From an uncultured delta proteobacterium (GTDB lineage Bacteria > Myxococcota_A > Polyangia > Fen-1088), in the NCBI GenBank assembly GCA_963755125.1, contig CAVWIP010000006.1:1-64000 (forward strand): a stretch of DNA of 64,000 bases, in the 5' to 3' direction. Positions 61,962 to 64,000 of the stretch are shown one piece after another (the first letter of the stretch is position 1; every line of letters starts with the position of its first letter). The position numbers and the translations under genes were made by a program. The notes under the pieces were generated by a model. That model was given only the letters and a program-made list of their open reading frames with translations, was not told where the DNA came from and did no database searches.

Positions 61962-63251
61962 TCAGAAGGTCGTGAACGCCATCGCGCCCACACCGTCGGG
62001 CGAGAACACCGGGACGAACTGCAGCGAAGACCCACGGGCATCAGCAGTCGCGCCGGACGGACGCGCGAGGTACCCACGATAGAAGAACACGGCTGACGTC
62101 GCCAGCAGCGCGCCGCCAACCCCGTACCCGATCCATTGGTAGACTTGATACCTGTCGCCGTTGGACTTGGTCTGTTGCATCCAGGCGGCTATATTGTCAG
62201 GAACCGGGTCAGCTTGGGCTCCGCTGCTGTTGCAAAGACCTGTGGTCGAGACAGCGCCCGTAGACGTCTTGGTGCAGGGGAATCGCCGCCATGGATCGAG
62301 TTTGTTGTTGGCATCAATCACTAGAAGGCTGTAGCGGATCCCGACCGCGATTCCAGCCACGCCACCGGCCAGCGTGAGCCAGGCCCCAATCTGCGAGCCG
62401 GTTCGGCTTTCGCCCGCTCCGCTGCTGGTCACCTCTGTGGTCACGCTTTCGGTTGTCTCGGTGGCGCCTGCGGCGGCAGCCTCCGACCCGGGGCTTTCGG
62501 CCTTTGTCTTCTCCGCCGACGCTTCTGCCACCATCTCGATGGCAACGTCTCGGGTGTCGCCGGAACCCAGGGTGACGCTCTTGCTCGCCGCTGCATAGCC
62601 TGGCTTGGTCAGAGCGATCTCGTGCTTGCCCGCGGCCACGTTTGGGATGGTGAGCCCGCCTGACCCCATGACCCCGGTTCCGACCCCGTCGACGGCCACC
62701 GAGGCTCCCACCACCCCGCCCTGAATGCGGAGAGTGCCAGGCAAAGACTGGCCGGTCAGCGTCGCGACCCACTTCTGCACCGGTGCCAGCAGGGCTGATC
62801 CACTCGACTGCGCGCGACCAAGCTGATCCGCAGTCCACGATTCGACGACTTCCTTGTCGGCATCGAACAGCTTGAGCGTGACGTTGTAGGCGTCGGGACC
62901 GGCCTTCTTCAGCGAGCCGAAGATCAGGCGCGAGGCGCCCAGGCTCTTGGCAGCCTGGGCCATGCAGGCGGGCGCCTCGTCGGGACAAGAGAACACCAGC
63001 TTGACCTCGACGAGATCGCGGCCTTGAACCAGACGATAGCCGGGCAGCGTCGACATACGCTGGCGGAGCGCATCGCTGATCCCAGCGGCTGCCGAATCAG
63101 GCACGCCCTCGCTGGCCTCGAGGCCGAGAACCGCCACGGTGACGTTGTCCCCGGCGAGGACCTGGCCGCTGGAGAGGAAGAATGTGGCCGCTGCACCGAC
63201 GCCGGCCAGAAGAGACATCAGGGAAAGAGCCCAAGCCCGTGGATTCTTCAT
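61962..63251 (-). CDS. PEGA domain-containing secreted/membrane protein
   Basis: Signal peptide, CPDEAPAC, PEGA (GASVAVDG..GKHEIALTKPGY), C-terminal hydrophobic segments. Confidence 0.8.
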   Translation of the reverse strand: MKNPRAWALSLMSLLAGVGAAATFFLSSGQVLAGDNVTVAVLGLEASEGVPDSAAAGISDALRQRMSTLPGYRLVQGRDLVEVKLVFSCPDEAPACMAQAAKSLGASRLIFGSLKKAGPDAYNVTLKLFDADKEVVESWTADQLGRAQSSGSALLAPVQKWVATLTGQSLPGTLRIQGGVVGASVAVDGVGTGVMGSGGLTIPNVAAGKHEIALTKPGYAAASKSVTLGSGDTRDVAIEMVAEASAEKTKAESPGSEAAAAGATETTESVTTEVTSSGAGESRTGSQIGAWLTLAGGVAGIAVGIRYSLLVIDANNKLDPWRRFPCTKTSTGAVSTTGLCNSSGAQADPVPDNIAAWMQQTKSNGDRYQVYQWIGYGVGGALLATSAVFFYRGYLARPSGATADARGSSLQFVPVFSPDGVGAMAFTTF

Positions 63252-63363
63252 ACAGAGATGATGTTTTCCCACGAGCCGTCCCTTGTCAATGATTAGGGCT
63301 TGCCGAGGGTCGGCTCGCTGGCAGCGCTTGACCGTGTTAGCGTATCCGCCGGCGGAAACCACC

Positions 63364-64000
63364 ATGCGGATCGGCGTCTCGGCCAAGATATTCCTCGCGT
63401 ACGCCGTCCTTCTGAGCGTGTTTGGTGCGAACAGTCTTTTCACCCTGCTCTATTTGCACCGCGGACGCCAGGAACTTGCGGCCAATCAGCGTCGGCTGGA
63501 GGTCCAGGTGGCTGTCGACGCCGCGCTGCGCTCACTGGAGGACTTCTCGCGCTCCCGCGCCAACGACAGCACGGGAGTTCCACAGGGCCTGACAAGCCGG
63601 GTGGCGGCACAGAATGGCATCGCCTCTGCGCGGCAGAACCTGCGTGATGCCCTGGCCGCCGTTGACCAGTATCTGAACGACGAACCCAATCCCCGGCGGC
63701 GTGACGAGTTCGAGGACTACCGCCGAGAGATCGTGGGGATGGAGGCGCGGGTTGTGGCGGTGGCTGCCGACCTGGGCGCCAGCGAGCCGACGGCGGGTGT
63801 GGATGCTGGCCATCAGGCCGAACGCAGCCTCGCGAATCTCTTGTCCACATTCCATCGGCTGAAGAGCAACCTGCGTGGCCGCGGCAACCAGATCGCCGCG
63901 GAACTTTCCAACGACGAGCGTCGCGCGGTGGATGCCGCCATGTTGCTGACGGGATTGGGCCTGGTGCTGGCAGTGGCGGCTGCTCTGCTGGTGCTGCGGA
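63364..64000 (+). CDS. Membrane sensor protein, probable histidine kinase, truncated by window end
   Basis: Not in ORF track; MRIGVSAKIFLAYAVLL TM1, helical periplasmic domain, TM2 AMLLTGLGLVLAVAAALLVLR at the edge. Confidence 0.7.
   Translation, partial: MRIGVSAKIFLAYAVLLSVFGANSLFTLLYLHRGRQELAANQRRLEVQVAVDAALRSLEDFSRSRANDSTGVPQGLTSRVAAQNGIASARQNLRDALAAVDQYLNDEPNPRRRDEFEDYRREIVGMEARVVAVAADLGASEPTAGVDAGHQAERSLANLLSTFHRLKSNLRGRGNQIAAELSNDERRAVDAAMLLTGLGLVLAVAAALLVLR

Overview
GC-rich bacterial chromosomal window, most likely Myxococcota (inferred from FHA-sigma54 activator, Hanks-type kinases, PEGA, MYXO-CTERM-like and MXAN_2562-like proteins). Layout: (1) 1-15.3 kb accessory envelope-stress block: HdeD, HPr-like protein lacking the catalytic His, ABC/MFP/OMF exporter, rhomboid, frameshifted triple-BON gene with a sigma54 promoter, FUSC, sensor-less sigma54 activator, PAS kinase with two response regulators, cardiolipin synthase. 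(2) ffh, then a 1.8 kb insertion hotspot with degenerate integron attC-like sites and a complete IS5-family element. (3) 18.9-39.3 kb core genes: rsmE, prmA, rpsU, nadK, recN, M23 peptidase, pssA/plsC, truA, a Fn3/MYXO-CTERM/beta-barrel fusion, TgpA-DUF58-MoxR, etfAB, macro domain. (4) 39.4-51 kb signalling island: DUF998-like protein, kinase-AAA, B12 radical SAM, FHA-degenerate GGDEF-sigma54 activator, STAS, kinase. (5) Core genes again: lipid kinase, ettA, L,D-transpeptidase, M1 aminopeptidase, SRPBCC, exonuclease, PEGA, partial sensor. No rRNA, tRNA or CRISPR seen. Best leads: the apparent two-protein polyprotein at 30229-32262, the attC cassette remnant, the His-to-Asp HPr in an efflux operon, the kinase/sigma54/STAS circuit with visible cis elements, a 120-nt hairpin, and a bidirectional leaderless pssA/plsC promoter. 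All family calls are by-eye motif recognition, not database searches.
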